Positions 51,854-64,000 of a stretch of DNA of 64,000 bases are shown here, one piece after another; within the stretch, counting starts at the first letter, position 1; every line of letters starts with the position of its first letter. Origin of the DNA: Vicugna vicugna. Taxonomy: Eukaryota. The notes below the pieces were generated by a model that saw only the letters and a list, made by a program, of their open reading frames with translations, ran no database searches and had not been told where the DNA came from. The stretch covers positions 434,001 to 498,000 of the forward strand of contig MU058444.1 in NCBI GenBank assembly GCA_013265495.1, read 5' to 3'. A program made the position numbers and the translations under genes.

Positions 51854-53728
51854 AAAAAAGAAGGACCTTTTTGGGTAGAATTAACTGGAGTTGTTCATTG
51901 ACAGTATATGGAAAAAAATCAAGGGTGAATGAAATTTATAAGCCAGGAAACTGAGTGAATGTTGGCATTAATTGAGGAAAGAATTACAGGCTTTGGGAAG
52001 GGATAGGAAGAGATGAAACGTCTGATGTTGAACTTGAGATGCCTGGAGGTGCAGCACGATGCTCTCAGGAAGGAAGCTGGAAGGATGAATCTGGGCACAG
52101 GAGTGAGATGGGAGACTGGAGGTGTTTGCTATACACACCTAAGCTGTGAGGGTGGAGCTGTTTATTCATGGAAAGAATGCAGAACAGGAAGGCACCACAC
52201 ACAAGTCGGGAAACAGCAGGGTGTAGAGAGGTCCCTGAGAAGGAGATGGAGTGGGGGCCAAAGATGGTGAGAGGGACTTCATGCAGTGAAAACTAAAAGG
52301 CTGTTAAACCAGAAGAGTAGTTTATGAACAAGATCAGATAAATAAAATCTATATAAATGAATTAATCAATAGTTTTAAGGGTAGCTCAGTAATGTTTTCT
52401 TTATGAGACTCAGATGAATCTGGTATCAATCTTATCCATTTGGGAATACAAAATAATCACCTATGAAAGAACATTCTGGCAGCACGACTTGTTTCCCGCC
52501 TGGACGCGGAGTCATCACGTGTGATTTCCCATTTCTTTGCGGGGAGGAGCCCCTCCTCCAGAGAACGCGGCTTTCCTCGACAACACTGTACTTTTCATAT
52601 TTTCTAGCTGCCTTACCGGGTTCTCTTTCTGTGCACCAGCCAGTCATTCTGCCAAGTGGGACAGCCAGGTTAACACACGCTGCTGCTCGATTTAGGAATG
52701 GTTAGAAGCTCAGCGATCAAGAGGCCAAGATCAAAGCTGAGGGGAGGGTCAAGAGGCCTTTTGCTGATAGAGCTGGAGGTGAAGCAGAGGGGCCCCTGCA
52801 GGGAGGTGTGTCCCCTGAAGGGAAGGGAGGGGACCCTCTCTCCTCTGGGAGTATTACTAGAACCAGAAGATGTGCAGGGGTGAGGCCAGGCATGTGAGGT
52901 CCTACCTGGCCACCATCCCAGTGTGGGAAATGGAAGCCCTTCCACTGCCCAGGTCAGCCCTCGGCCGGGCCCCTGTTCCCTGCTGGGAGACACGCCCCCT
53001 CTGAGCTCCTCCTCCTCAGTGGGAGGGGTTGGGCTTGTCTGGTGTCTGACCAGCTCGCCCTGCAAGAGCTGCCTGGTGCCTTCTGTTAAAATAGCGTTAT
53101 AATATATTATTTATGAAGATAATGTAATGTATAACACAATATAAAATCTTGTAAATATGGAAACAAGTAAAAATAAAATATGAAACGCAGTCAAATAAAG
53201 CAGGGCCCTCAAAGTCCATGAAATAGAGAAATGAGGAGGTCATTTGATGCCCTGAATGGGGCCAGTGTGAGAGGGCTGATGGGCCAGAAATCAAGTGGAG
53301 AAGTGATGAGGGAAGGGAGATCATACATTGGGAGAATGGTATGAAAAATTAAAAAAAAATGAGACCAGCAACTTACAGCCATGCTCCTCTGTGTAGTTAC
53401 TTGAAATCATAAACCTCAGGGTCCTCATTGGTAGAATGGGGTGATGACATCAACCTCCCTGGTGAAGATTAAATGCGATGGTATATATGGCCTAGAATGG
53501 TTCCTGGCCCATGGTAGAGTCTCAGGAATCATCTACTCTATTTAAAAAGTTGAAGGTGGTCGCATGTTTGAGGGCACAGGTTCAGAAACATGTGAAAAGG
53601 GAGAGGCTTTTTGTACTGGTGTAAACAAAGTTTGGAGGCAAGAACTGGAGAAAGGACACACACAAAAAAAAGATCAGAAGAACTAGCTGTGGTCAAATCA
53701 AGGAGGGTCTTAACAAAAAATTCTGGGA

Positions 53729-53859
53729 TGGGAGGGTATAGCTCAATGCTAGAGTGTGTGCTTAGCATGCACGAAGTCCTAGGTTCAACCCCCAGTACCT
53801 CATAAATAAATAAAAACCTAATTACCCCCTTCAAAAAAACCCAAACGAATAAAAGTTAA
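53729..53859 (+). mobile_element. tRNA-derived SINE (Vic-1 type)
   Basis: GGGAGGGTATAGCTCAA...GGTTCAACCCC, TSD aaaaaattctg (53715-53725, 53860-53870). Confidence 0.92.
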
Positions 53860-55616
53860 AAAAAATTCTGAAAAGCATAGGCATTGGCACATATATTTAT
53901 TAAGAACCTATATTTTATGGTTCCATGGAAAAGAGATTGTAAAAAATTATTTGGACAGGGCATTAGACATAGAAACCTTTCTGATTGTCCCGGGTCTTCA
54001 TTTATAATGAAACATTCTATTCATACAGCACATTGTATCAGAATAGACTTTCTAGGTCTCTTTTACCCCAGTAGATCTGGGAGTCCTGTGATGACAAAGT
54101 CTCACCTTCTGTCTATATCACGTAACTCAATGCCTGGAACACTAGGTGCTTAGAAAGGGTCTGATGAATGAATGATCATTCCTTCCCCATGACCCTGTGA
54201 TATAAATAGGAAATAGACATTGTTACATGAACTTTCTTAATGAACATTCACAGTAGAGAAAAAATTATACTAGCATATGGGAGACAGTCTTGGACTCCTG
54301 CCCCCTAGCTTGGCGGTTGTTTTGTATTTTTTTTTTAAAACAAAGCATCCATAGCTTTTGGTTTAAGGATTTAGAGATTAAAGATTTTGAAAAACGCTGG
54401 GAGATTAAACTTCCGTGTCGGTTCTGCTCACTGCTGAGGAGTGGCCTGCTGTCTCACGAGTCCCTGAAAAATGGCGTGTTTCTATGAAGATGTCAGGAAG
54501 TCGTCAGCTGGATGACTTTTGCGTACCCTTTTATGGTTTTAACAACTCTTCATGTACTGATATGAAGGGAAATGGGGGGATCTTCCCACTCCATCCTGAT
54601 CCATCCTCTTAACCTCCTTTGTCACTGCCCACGGTGAGTGAGGCTGGACACCACAGGGAGAATTCCTCTGACTCATTAAGAAGATCTGTCTCTGCTCTGA
54701 TGCCGGCAGAATCCCTGTGATCCCTCACCGGGTGGCTGGTTGCTTCCCCTGGGTGAGATCAAATGTACCATTAGCCCAAAGGGCAGAAGAAGTACATTTA
54801 TGGAAAATCAGTTGCCTTGACAATTTCAGCAGAAAGGTGAGGAAGCCTTTTAAAAGGAGAGTCTCCTGACGTGGTGTCAGAACTCAAATGTTTGTCCTAC
54901 TGGTGAGGTCAAGACTGACCTGGATTTCAGAGCCATTGTTCATTCCACCCCCAGCCCGCCTTCCTTGCCCAGACCCTGGAGCAGAATAAGAGGGTGCAAC
55001 TGCAGAGGGAGGTGGTGAGAGCTCCTTTGAGCAGACAGCACATTTCTGCTCTCTGTCCTATTCCTACACCCACCGGACACTTTATTTCCTCATTCCTGCA
55101 TGAAGGTAACATACCAGCCACTAGACACTGGGGAAACAAACTTCAAAAATTCTAGTACCTGCCTTCAAGGAACTTGGGAAGCAGATGCACATGAACGCAA
55201 TGACAGTGAAAGGTGATGTGTTCAAGCAGGAGTGGGATGTCTAGGAGGAGGACACCTACATCGGCCTGGACCACCAGACCAGGAAGGGGTCACCTTGTCT
55301 GAGCAGAAACATGAAGGATGAGTAAAGGTTTTCTCAGTTAACAACCAGGGTGTGGGCATTTCAAGTCAGATGGCCAGGGAAGAGGGCTCACTGAATGACA
55401 GGAAATACTCTGGGAGAGAGGGATGAACCAGAGGCCACAGAGACAACAGTTTTGAAAAGGAGGGAAAGACTGGAAATCAGTCTAAAGAGAAACCAGAAGA
55501 GACCAGGGATTCAAGTGCCCACTGGGCTTAGGAATAAATAAATCATTGTAGACGTTGGTGATAACAGTGTCTGTGGAAGAATAGGGAGTAAAAGCCATTA
55601 AGAACTCAGGGGAAGT

Positions 55617-56150
55617 GTGTCACTATTCTATTTCCACATAAGAGATGACCACAGATTAGTGGCTTTAAAAAAAAACACCTATTTACTTTCCCCAGGGTTT
55701 CTGTAGCTTGGAGGTTTGGGCATGGCTGATCTGGGTCTCCTAAGTTGAAAACCAAGATATCAGGTTCCTCTCCTCTGGGGTTCTACTAGGCAACGGTCTT
55801 GCCTCTGAGCTCACCCGTGCTATTGGCAGAAGCTCATTTCCTCAAGGCTGTAGAGTGAGTTCACGGCAGCTTGCTTCTTAAGGCTGGCCATGGAGAGGGT
55901 CGCTGCTACTTGGATCTCTAGCCTTTTGGTCCTCTTTAAAAGAGGGCTCATTTGATGTGGTCATGCCTACCCAGCACAGTCTCCTGTTTGATTAAGTTAA
56001 AGTCATCTGATTAGGAATGGTAAATACATCTGCAAAATTCCTTCACCTTTGCCAGGTTCTGTTAGTTAGAAGCAAGTCACAGTTTCCATCTACACTTAAG
56101 AGGAGGGGACTATGAAGGTGGGGGTGTGCTTTGGGAAGTCACTTTAGGGT
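55617..56150 (-). mobile_element. MaLR LTR (MLT1E/F-like)
   Basis: ttagtggcttt..cacctattta and gattaggaatggtaaatacatctgcaaaattccttcacc. Confidence 0.65.
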
Positions 56151-56289
56151 GTGTTGGCCATAGAAGTAAGGAAATCTACACAGTGATGGTGTGGCACAAG
56201 CGAGCCTGAAAAGACAGCTACGTGGACTTGTACTAGGGCACGGACAGGCTCCACAGATCTTGGTGCACGTGTGTGCACTCGTTTTTTTC

Positions 56290-56740
56290 TTATCAGTTAG
56301 CTTTTGCTGCTTAATAGACCGTGCTGACATTTGCTGTTTTCAAACACCACCATTTATTTATTTAGCTCAAAAATCTGCAGGTCGACAGTGTGGCCGTATT
56401 TAGCTGGGTGGTTCTGCAGATCTGGAGTCAGACTCAGCTGTCTTTGTTGTGGTTCACTTATGTGTCTGCAGTTGGCTGCTGGGTCAGATGGTGGCTGGTT
56501 AGCCAAGATGTGGTCCTCCAGCAGACTAGCCTGGGCTCATTCACATCATGGCAGCGTTCTGCACTTGGTAAGCTCCAAGGCACAAGTGCCACTCAAACCA
56601 CTGCTTCTTGGATCACATTTGCTAACATCCCACTGGTCCAAACAAGTTATGGGGCCAGTTGAGCTTAAAGGGTGAGGAAAAGAACTTTGCCTTTCTTATG
56701 AAAAGGGTAGATAAACGTGCACATTTTTAGAATCTACTAC
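56290..56740 (-). mobile_element. MaLR LTR (MLT1H/I-like)
   Basis: tatcagttagcttttgctgc, tagctgggtggttctgc, cacatttgctaacatcccactggtccaaacaagttatggggcc, end aatctac. Confidence 0.65.
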
Positions 56741-57320
56741 ATGATTTTATTGTCCTTTTAAAGATTGGAAGTATTATGCTTTATATTTATGTTAGGATGA
56801 GAGAACTAGTAAAAAAGATAAAGGATGGGGGAAAACTATGAAAGGGGATCCCTGAGAAGGCACGGGCTGCTGTGATCCAGAGCACAGAGGGGAACGTACA
56901 TTTAAAAAGGGAAAATTCTTCATTTTTCTTTGGAACAAAGGAAAAGAATGAGGATAGATCTAGAAAATTTTAATTTTCCTAGTACTCTCAATTTTCCTTG
57001 GAGAAAGGGAACGTGGAGTATCTGTTGACTACAATGAGGGAGGTGCCGGGAAAAGGGTTTGTGGAGAGTGTTAACTTTGGGGAAGAACTGTTGTTCAGAA
57101 CAGGACAGGAAGCTGGGATGAAGACATAGGAAAAGAAAAAGAAAAACCCCAAACCACCCACCAAAAATCTGAGTGGTACAGGGCCCAGCTGAGACTACAG
57201 GTCTTAAATTTATGATGACACCATGTACAGCGCCTGACCCAGGCCACATGTGAATTCGAGAAAGGTAGCCCCTCTCCCCAGTGCAGAAAGTTCAGCCCCA
57301 CTCAGCTGGTGGCCTTGGGC

Positions 57321-57471
57321 AGCACAGGGAACTAAATTCAGTACCTAGTAATAGCCTGTAATGAAAAAGAATATGAAAAGGAATATTTATACATGTAGAA
57401 CTGAATCACTATGCTGTACACCTGAAATTAGAACAACATCGTAAACAGATTATCCTTCAATTAAAAAAAAA
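57321..57471 (+). mobile_element. Short L1 3' end
   Basis: agcacagggaac...aatgaaaaagaatatgaaaaggaatat...tgctgtacacctgaaa followed by an A tail. Confidence 0.82.
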
Positions 57472-59988
57472 TAGAAAGAAATGGTGGAGAAGAAAGAGAA
57501 CAGGCTTGAGAGAGAAGAAATTAGAGCATCAATAACAAACACAGAGACCAGAACAGGGGTGATTAGGAGGAGAGGATGAAGGGACTGAAAGAATTTGTAG
57601 ATGTCATTAGAGAAGTTTGTTATCACTAGTAAGGGATTTACAGGAAAGAGAGAAAAAGAAGGGCCTATTTTGAGCTACTTGACTGAGCATTTAATCGGTA
57701 CCCATTCTTTCTTTCTGCATAAAATTATTCCTGTCTTTACCCCCTCTTTCAAAATAAAAGCTTATTAATGAGGGAAAATCAGGAAAATGAATCTTTTTCA
57801 TTAAAAAATGCATTTCTCGCTCCTGGGAATTTTATTAAAATACAGTGCCTCATTTTTATATTAGTATAAATTAAGATAATGTCAGGATGTATTTGCAAAT
57901 TGGAAACAAATATATTGCAAAGGCGTATGAATACATTGAATAGGGAAATATAGTACAAAACCGTTCTTAGATTTTTCAGAATCTTTCTCTTTGAATTTTC
58001 TTAGAAATTCTTCAATAATCAACTGTAAAAAATACAATAAAATTCAGAGGTACTTGCATTAGGCAATATATGACTTCCTGTAATAGAATGTTTGGTGATT
58101 AAAAGCCATGGTCTTGAGGAAGTTGGAGACAACTGTCTTTTCCTCTGAATGAGACCCTCACAATTACAGTCCTGTAACTTTCACATGCTACTTTGGTGGA
58201 TAATCAGAATGAATTAATGAGTTTATTATATAAGTTGAAGTTATTTGGAAACATGACTGAAAAGATAATGAAATTTTTGTGGCTGTTACTAATTTACATT
58301 TTTGTTTTTAAAACCAAAAGCTATGGCATAACATGCAAAGAGATGCTACACAGTCTTGAAATTTATTCATTCTTTCTGTGAGGAGAGACCAATCTTTGGA
58401 AACAATAGAGAAGACCTTTTATTTATGGCTTAATCATGAGTCAGTTTTATAAACACTGAATAAGCAGAACTGTTTCCAAGTAAAACTTAGGTGAGGCAGT
58501 TGTTTTCTTTCTCAATTTGATTGAATTCTGCTTGATTTTCAATTATCTCTGATTTTCAGATATTCTAGTCACATGCCAAAATTATTCAAAAATTATTTAT
58601 GTGGCAAGAATTCTGTGTTGCAAACACACAAATATATTTACATATAAAAAGAAAGGAAGATTTTTGGGTACATTTGCTCAGAAACAAGAGTTTGGGGTGA
58701 GTTGTTTGAGTTGATCAAGTTTTAAACATTTTTAGAACTCAAAACTGTGTTTATGATATTAAAATCTTTGCATTAGGTCTGATGGACACTTTCTTAACAT
58801 GTTACAGAGCAAAATCAAGAAATATCTTTTACTGAGTTTGTAAACCAAGCTTTTGCTAAGTTTAATCGTTACGGTCATACATTTCTGCTATGTAATGCAA
58901 TATATGTATAATATTATTATATATTATATATACATATACAGATACTCATTAATATTTTGAATAACTGATATTCCTTGAATTCTTTATTAGATACAAGTAT
59001 TTTTCTTTCTTTTATGGATTGATAGAATCAAATCAATACTTTAAGGGAAACCTCTGTTTTAAAGGTTTGGCTTTAGAATCATTTATAATTTCAGTACTTG
59101 TCTTAAAGTACTGGATGATGTAGAAAATAGCACAAGAATAAAGATACCCAGTCATTTTGCAGGCTCTCCCTCGTCTCTCTTGAAAGTGATACATTATTTC
59201 TTTATTTTCTTTTTATTTGATGTGGGATTTGTGGATTGCATTGTTTCAGGCAGATTACAGGGTACTCTAAGCTTCCTTTGCTGTTCCTCCTGGCATAACC
59301 CACCTCATTTGTTAACTGTTCATTCCGGCAAGTCATTAGGGAAAATATTTTTCATAAGCTAAAACTCCCTCTCTATTTCGACCCTGGCTTTTACTCTCTT
59401 AATTTATCACTGCATGTTGGTGTTGGGTGCTGCATCTTTGAATCCTGGGCATTATTTTCAGGCTTACAATATGTAAGAGTGGTCCAAGTTTTTTTTGAAT
59501 TTTAAACACTTGAAGTGTTAAATTTTTAAGGATTGTAGTCATGACTATCATGTTATGGCTTAGATTCCTTCCTTCTTCGGAAGAAAACCCACTTCATTTT
59601 CCGAAGTGAATTTTGAAATGTATATCGATGGTGATTTAAACCTTTTCAAATCGCTCAGTCCTCAGTTAAAAGAACTCTTTTAGCTTTTATCAATGAGTTA
59701 CTTTCCAAATGGAGACACGCAAATACAATTTCATATTGATGTTCATTCTGGAGGATACATGAGCTATAATATCGAATAATTCACAGTTTATTTATATTTT
59801 ATTTCAAAGTCAAAGCAATGCCTCATTAGCAAAGCAGCATTGCTTCCATTTTCTTCGAGGTTTAAGCGCCTCCTTTTGTGTCAACTCACAGAACGACTCT
59901 GCTAAACACTCACGTGACACGTGACAAGAATGTTTTGACAGTTTCACAGACCACGTCCTATTACAATGTCTATTTCTCTTTCCTCTAG

Positions 59989-61518
59989 TTAACTTCTCCT
60001 CCCATTGCCTCTGAGCAGCTTGCCTGTAAACCACCTGCTTTCTCCTTTGTTTCTCCAACTAATCAGAAACTGCCACCTGACCCAGTCGACCTCGCCGGAG
60101 CCTCTGTCCTGGAGGAGTTCCACACGAGGAGGCTGGATGTCGGTGGGGCCCTGGTGGAGGAAACGGCTACGTACTTCCAAACCTCCGCTCACTCTGCACC
60201 CTTTTTTGCATCGGAGGGCACGTCCTCGACGCCACGGTTTCCCCATCCCGCTCAGTTACCAGGTTCTCATTTATCCAGTGCAAGGGCAGCCCATCCGAAA
60301 CCTGGACTGACATCCGAAGGCCTCGAGAAGACGACGGCGACGGTCACCTCGCACGTCCGTAGTCCCAGAGGGAGTCCGAGAACCTCCTCTCCTCCGCCGC
60401 CCTCGGGTGCTTCTCCGAAGCCGAATTCAGCCTCGTACATCCCCGTGCGCATTGTCACGCGTTCACTCTGTCCGAGCCCCAGACCCTTCCCCCTCCCTTC
60501 CCACGGCTCTTCATCCGCCGTCTGCAGCCGCGTGTCATCGAGCGGGAGCCTCTCCAAGTCAGGGGTGAAGTCCCCGCTGCCCTCCCGGCTTTCCCTCCTC
60601 ACCGCCATCCTCAAGTCCAACCCTTCTCACCAGAGACCCCTCTCCCCGGCCTCCTGTCCCACTTTCGCTCTCAACTCCTTGGCTTCTTCCACACTCACAC
60701 TCGATCAGAAAGTAAAACAGACTCCATCCACGCCGAAAAAATCTCTCTCGAGTTGCTCCCTAAGAGCCAGGTCTCCAGAGCAACAGGAGAACCGGGTTCC
60801 TGAACTCAGCCAACACTTGGCCTTTTCCACCAAAGCAGCTCGCCTCCCACGGGCGCCCTCCCTCTCTCCCACAAGGCACGGCAGTGGCAACCTTGTTTCT
60901 CTGAATGTTGAGAAAGCGCCGCCGCCCACTTCTTTGAAGGGCGGTCCGATGTGTTCCCCGCTGCAGACCGGCCCCTCCAGTCCTGCAGGTCTGCCTCCCG
61001 TTCCACCAAGCCTCCCTCCTCTGTCTTCCAAGGGCAGACAGGATGCTGACCTCAGGGGCCCACATCCTTCTCCGTCACCCTCCTCTGCATCGTCTTCTGT
61101 ATCCCCTCCCACTAACCAGAGAGCCAGGCTCTCCTCTCCAGAGAAATGCTACCATCCTTCCCCCGCTCTTTCAGACCTGATAAACAGATCCCAGAGGCCC
61201 TCAGCACAGCCGTCTGGCCAGGGGCACCCTCCTCCAGCCCCTCCTCCAGCCCCCGTGTCCAGCGCTGGCGCGGCTGCGTCTCTTCCCCACCTGGGGTCCA
61301 GTGCTAGTCAGCCCACGCAGGCGCGCCGGCTCAGCCCCTCAGCGCAGCACCCAACTCTTACCTTGCCTTCAAGACTTGGGAAATCTGAAAGCTCAATCTC
61401 TGACCACAGGTCATCTGTTTCAACCCCATCACCTCCCATCTCTCTAACAAGAACCAAGGAGCTGATTTCACCTTGTGCAATGTCCATGTCGACAGGCCCT
61501 GAAAATAAGAAACCCAAG
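59989..61518 (+). CDS. MLIP: MLIP large Ser/Pro-rich alternative exon (exon 4), LTSPPIASEQLACKPPAFSFVSP...STGPENKKPK, 510 codons
   Basis: Polypyrimidine tract and AG at 59987-59988, in frame with ORF 60154..61605, donor AAG|GTATCT at 61518/61519, 1530 nt, phase 0. Matches the recalled long MLIP isoform (LEEFHTRRLDVGGA, SYIPVRIVT, SRLxLLTAILKSNPSHQRP). Confidence 0.93.
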
Positions 61519-61560
61519 GTATCTTTTTTTTTTTTTTTGCACGCTGCATGGTGCATGCTT
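61519..61560 (+). promoter_or_regulatory. Intronic splicing-enhancer cluster: T15 tract, TGCACG, TGCATG, TGCATG (RBFOX-type)
   Basis: T-run 61524-61538, TGCACG 61538-61543, TGCATG 61545-61550 and 61552-61557, all within 40 nt of the exon 4 donor. Confidence 0.7.
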
Positions 61561-64000
61561 ATTTTGAAATATGGAAAATCTTTTTTTCAGGGGAAAAATC
61601 AATAATTATGATACTCATTCTGCTCCTACAAGGAGATAGGCAAAGTGCAAACGGGTCTAGGATTTGGCATATTTGAATGTGTGGATGAAGTATAATCTGT
61701 CTAAAACTCTGCATTTTTCCATAAAACTTTGATTTTACAAATCCTCTTATGGTAACGTCTTTTATCTCTGGGTCCAAGAGCATTTTCCCCCAGATATAAT
61801 AAAAATTACATTATTGATCCCAAAGGCGGAATTTAGAGCAGTTAGGTGAGATTTGGGAATATGATGCGTTTCTGATTATTTAATAATGTGGACTTTATTA
61901 TCCAAGAAAATACCCTATACCGAGAGAATGGTAGACAGAATTAGTGTAAAAATGGAATACTAGCATATACGCATATTATTGCCAAGTCAATCTGAAAACT
62001 TTCTAGCTCCTTTGCTGGCATTTATTTATTGTTACTAATTTTCTTCCCCTTCTAGCAGGCTGATTTCTTTATTGCTGTCTGTATACTTTAAGCTAATTCA
62101 GTATGGATTTAGCTATATACATGTAGAGCAAAAGGGAATAGAAATTACCTTTATACGTGAAAATGATTTGATTTATTATGAGCCCTAAATATGTACTGAT
62201 TATGGAATACAGAAAGGGTGGGCAGGCTGGGTATAAGGAAATAGAATTAAGAGAGGAGAAATACTGACTTTTAAATGGTCTGAAGCAACCCGCTGAGTGA
62301 GCATGTGAACTAAAGCATCTATTTTAATGTGAGAAGAGGATCATTTGAAGGAGTGACCCACAGCGTTCATTTCTCCGGGTGGAAGGCACCGCTTTTCTGG
62401 AACATGCTGGCTTTCCAAATGTTCTCAAATAATTTAGAATGTGGAGCTTATATGCCCAGAATTCAGTTATTGGTATACAAATAAAATATAAAATAAAGTA
62501 ATGAAAGTGCCTGTATTAGGAGGGAACTGGGATTTTCAGTTCAGTGCAGTGAAGTAACACAGTTTTAGAGTTTCCAGGTTCCATGGGGATTGTGTTCAGC
62601 TCTGTCACTCTTTGGGTGGTGAACTGATGATGGGAAAGATGAAACCAACCCTCGTGACCTTGTTAATGAGTCATAATACAATTCAACTGAGAAAGCATGT
62701 ATTAAGCACCTACTGTATGCCCACCACTATAGTGGCTTCTGGGGGATGTATGTTTTATTTCTAAGGAAAATAAGAGATAGTCCTTTGTCTTAAAAAATAA
62801 ATTTTATTCAGCAGGAAAACATATACATAATGTGGAGGAGCAACAGCTATTAAACATGCAGTAAATCTAGAAAACAAGTATCAGGCCATATGATTAATAT
62901 AGTGTAATACAGATCATATGTAACAGTTCACTGAATTCAGTATAACAGAAATATTATTATGGGATCTGGTTAGTGAGAGAAATTATCAAAAATGTCAGGC
63001 CTGTCGGAAATGTTTAGGGTTTAGCTTAATGAAGAGGAAAGCAATTGGCATTTCAGAAATGGTAAACAATGTGACCAGATATACAGAGGATGACCCCAGT
63101 GGAGTGTATGTGGAGATGCAAGAAGACTGGCTTTATCATTGAACAGTGACACCAGGAATGACAATTATAGGAACAGATATATAAATAGTAATGATAATTA
63201 TAGTAACAGACATCAGCTACTTTCTGGGAGTGGAGGACTGTCTTAGCAATTACACAAACTAGTTAAAATTTAATTAAAAGGGACCATGCCAGTTAATTTT
63301 TTTTATGACCATATGAGATTTGGTAATATTATTTCCTCCTTTTTAGACACCAAGAAGCTGTAGTTCTGTGAATAACTTGCCTGGGTCACATTTTTGATAC
63401 TGGCAGAGCTGACGTTTATTTTGATTTAAGTCTACTGATTCTTGAAGCCATGTTCTTTATTACTGAGATTTATTGCTACAAAGCAATAACTCATATTAAT
63501 GATCTTTTTTAGCCTGATTTATTAATTCTCCTGAAAGAAATCATCATTGTGGAATAATGATTAGAATGATCAGTTTATATAATATTGGGGTCATTATAAA
63601 ATGTATTTTTAGAGATTAGTAAGTCCCTGTATTTTCAGCTTCGAAGCAAATGGGTTGGAGGAAATCTAACTTTTTCCTTAATTCTAAATTTGGAAATCGT
63701 GTTTATTGAGGTAAAATGAGTTGGTGGTTGTCTTTTCAGTACATACGTGTGATTATGGAATTCATTTGTGGCATATTGAAAAAAACCTGGTGATCTAAAA
63801 CATCAGTGTTCCCTGAATTTACTGACAGGCATCTCTTAAACCACGCTGCTTACGCTGCAATTATTGTGTACCTTTCTGAGAAGTGGCTTCACTCCATGGG
63901 CTTCGTCAGGTCATTTCTGTTTGTAGTTCACTCTGCTATTTCATGTTTTCTCCTGTTTTTGGAAAATCGGAAGAGGGTGAGCCCCGAGGGTTCTCTGTTA

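Noticed and set aside
60267..61556. Antisense ORFs over the large exon
   Set aside because: They are shadows of a GC-rich coding exon with no independent support.
60154..61605. 483-aa ORF as a standalone single-exon gene
   Set aside because: It begins at a GTG inside an open frame that extends to the acceptor at 59989. The tail after KKPK (VSFFFF...) is intron read-through.
61519..64000. Next MLIP exon (recalled QYKTKSSYKAFAAIPTNTLLLEQK)
   Set aside because: Not found before the window end.

Overview
This is a mammalian, very probably camelid, genomic window: it carries nine tRNA-derived SINEs matching the camelid Vic-1 type. It holds the 5' part of MLIP (muscular LMNA-interacting protein, also called CIP) on the + strand. 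Four coding exons have clean GT-AG boundaries: 41736-41831, 45020-45175, 48140-48532 and the large Ser/Pro-rich exon 59989-61518. All are phase 0 and splice to 725 codons, and the gene continues past the right edge. The rest is intronic or upstream DNA rich in L1, L2, MIR, hAT, MaLR/ERV LTRs and microsatellites, and nearly all other ORFs in the track are noise. I found no prokaryote-style novel system. The best leads are regulatory and motif-level: (1) a triple RBFOX element plus U-tract just downstream of the large exon; (2) a start-stop uORF and an overlapping uORF whose stop overlaps the second in-frame Met; (3) a SUMO-site plus phospho-SIM-like motif in exon 3 and an SxIP motif in the large exon; (4) a dense TGACA/E-box cluster at about 13.5 kb; (5) several unusual retrotransposition structures. 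Gene and repeat names come from recognition without database searches, and boundaries of old repeats are approximate.
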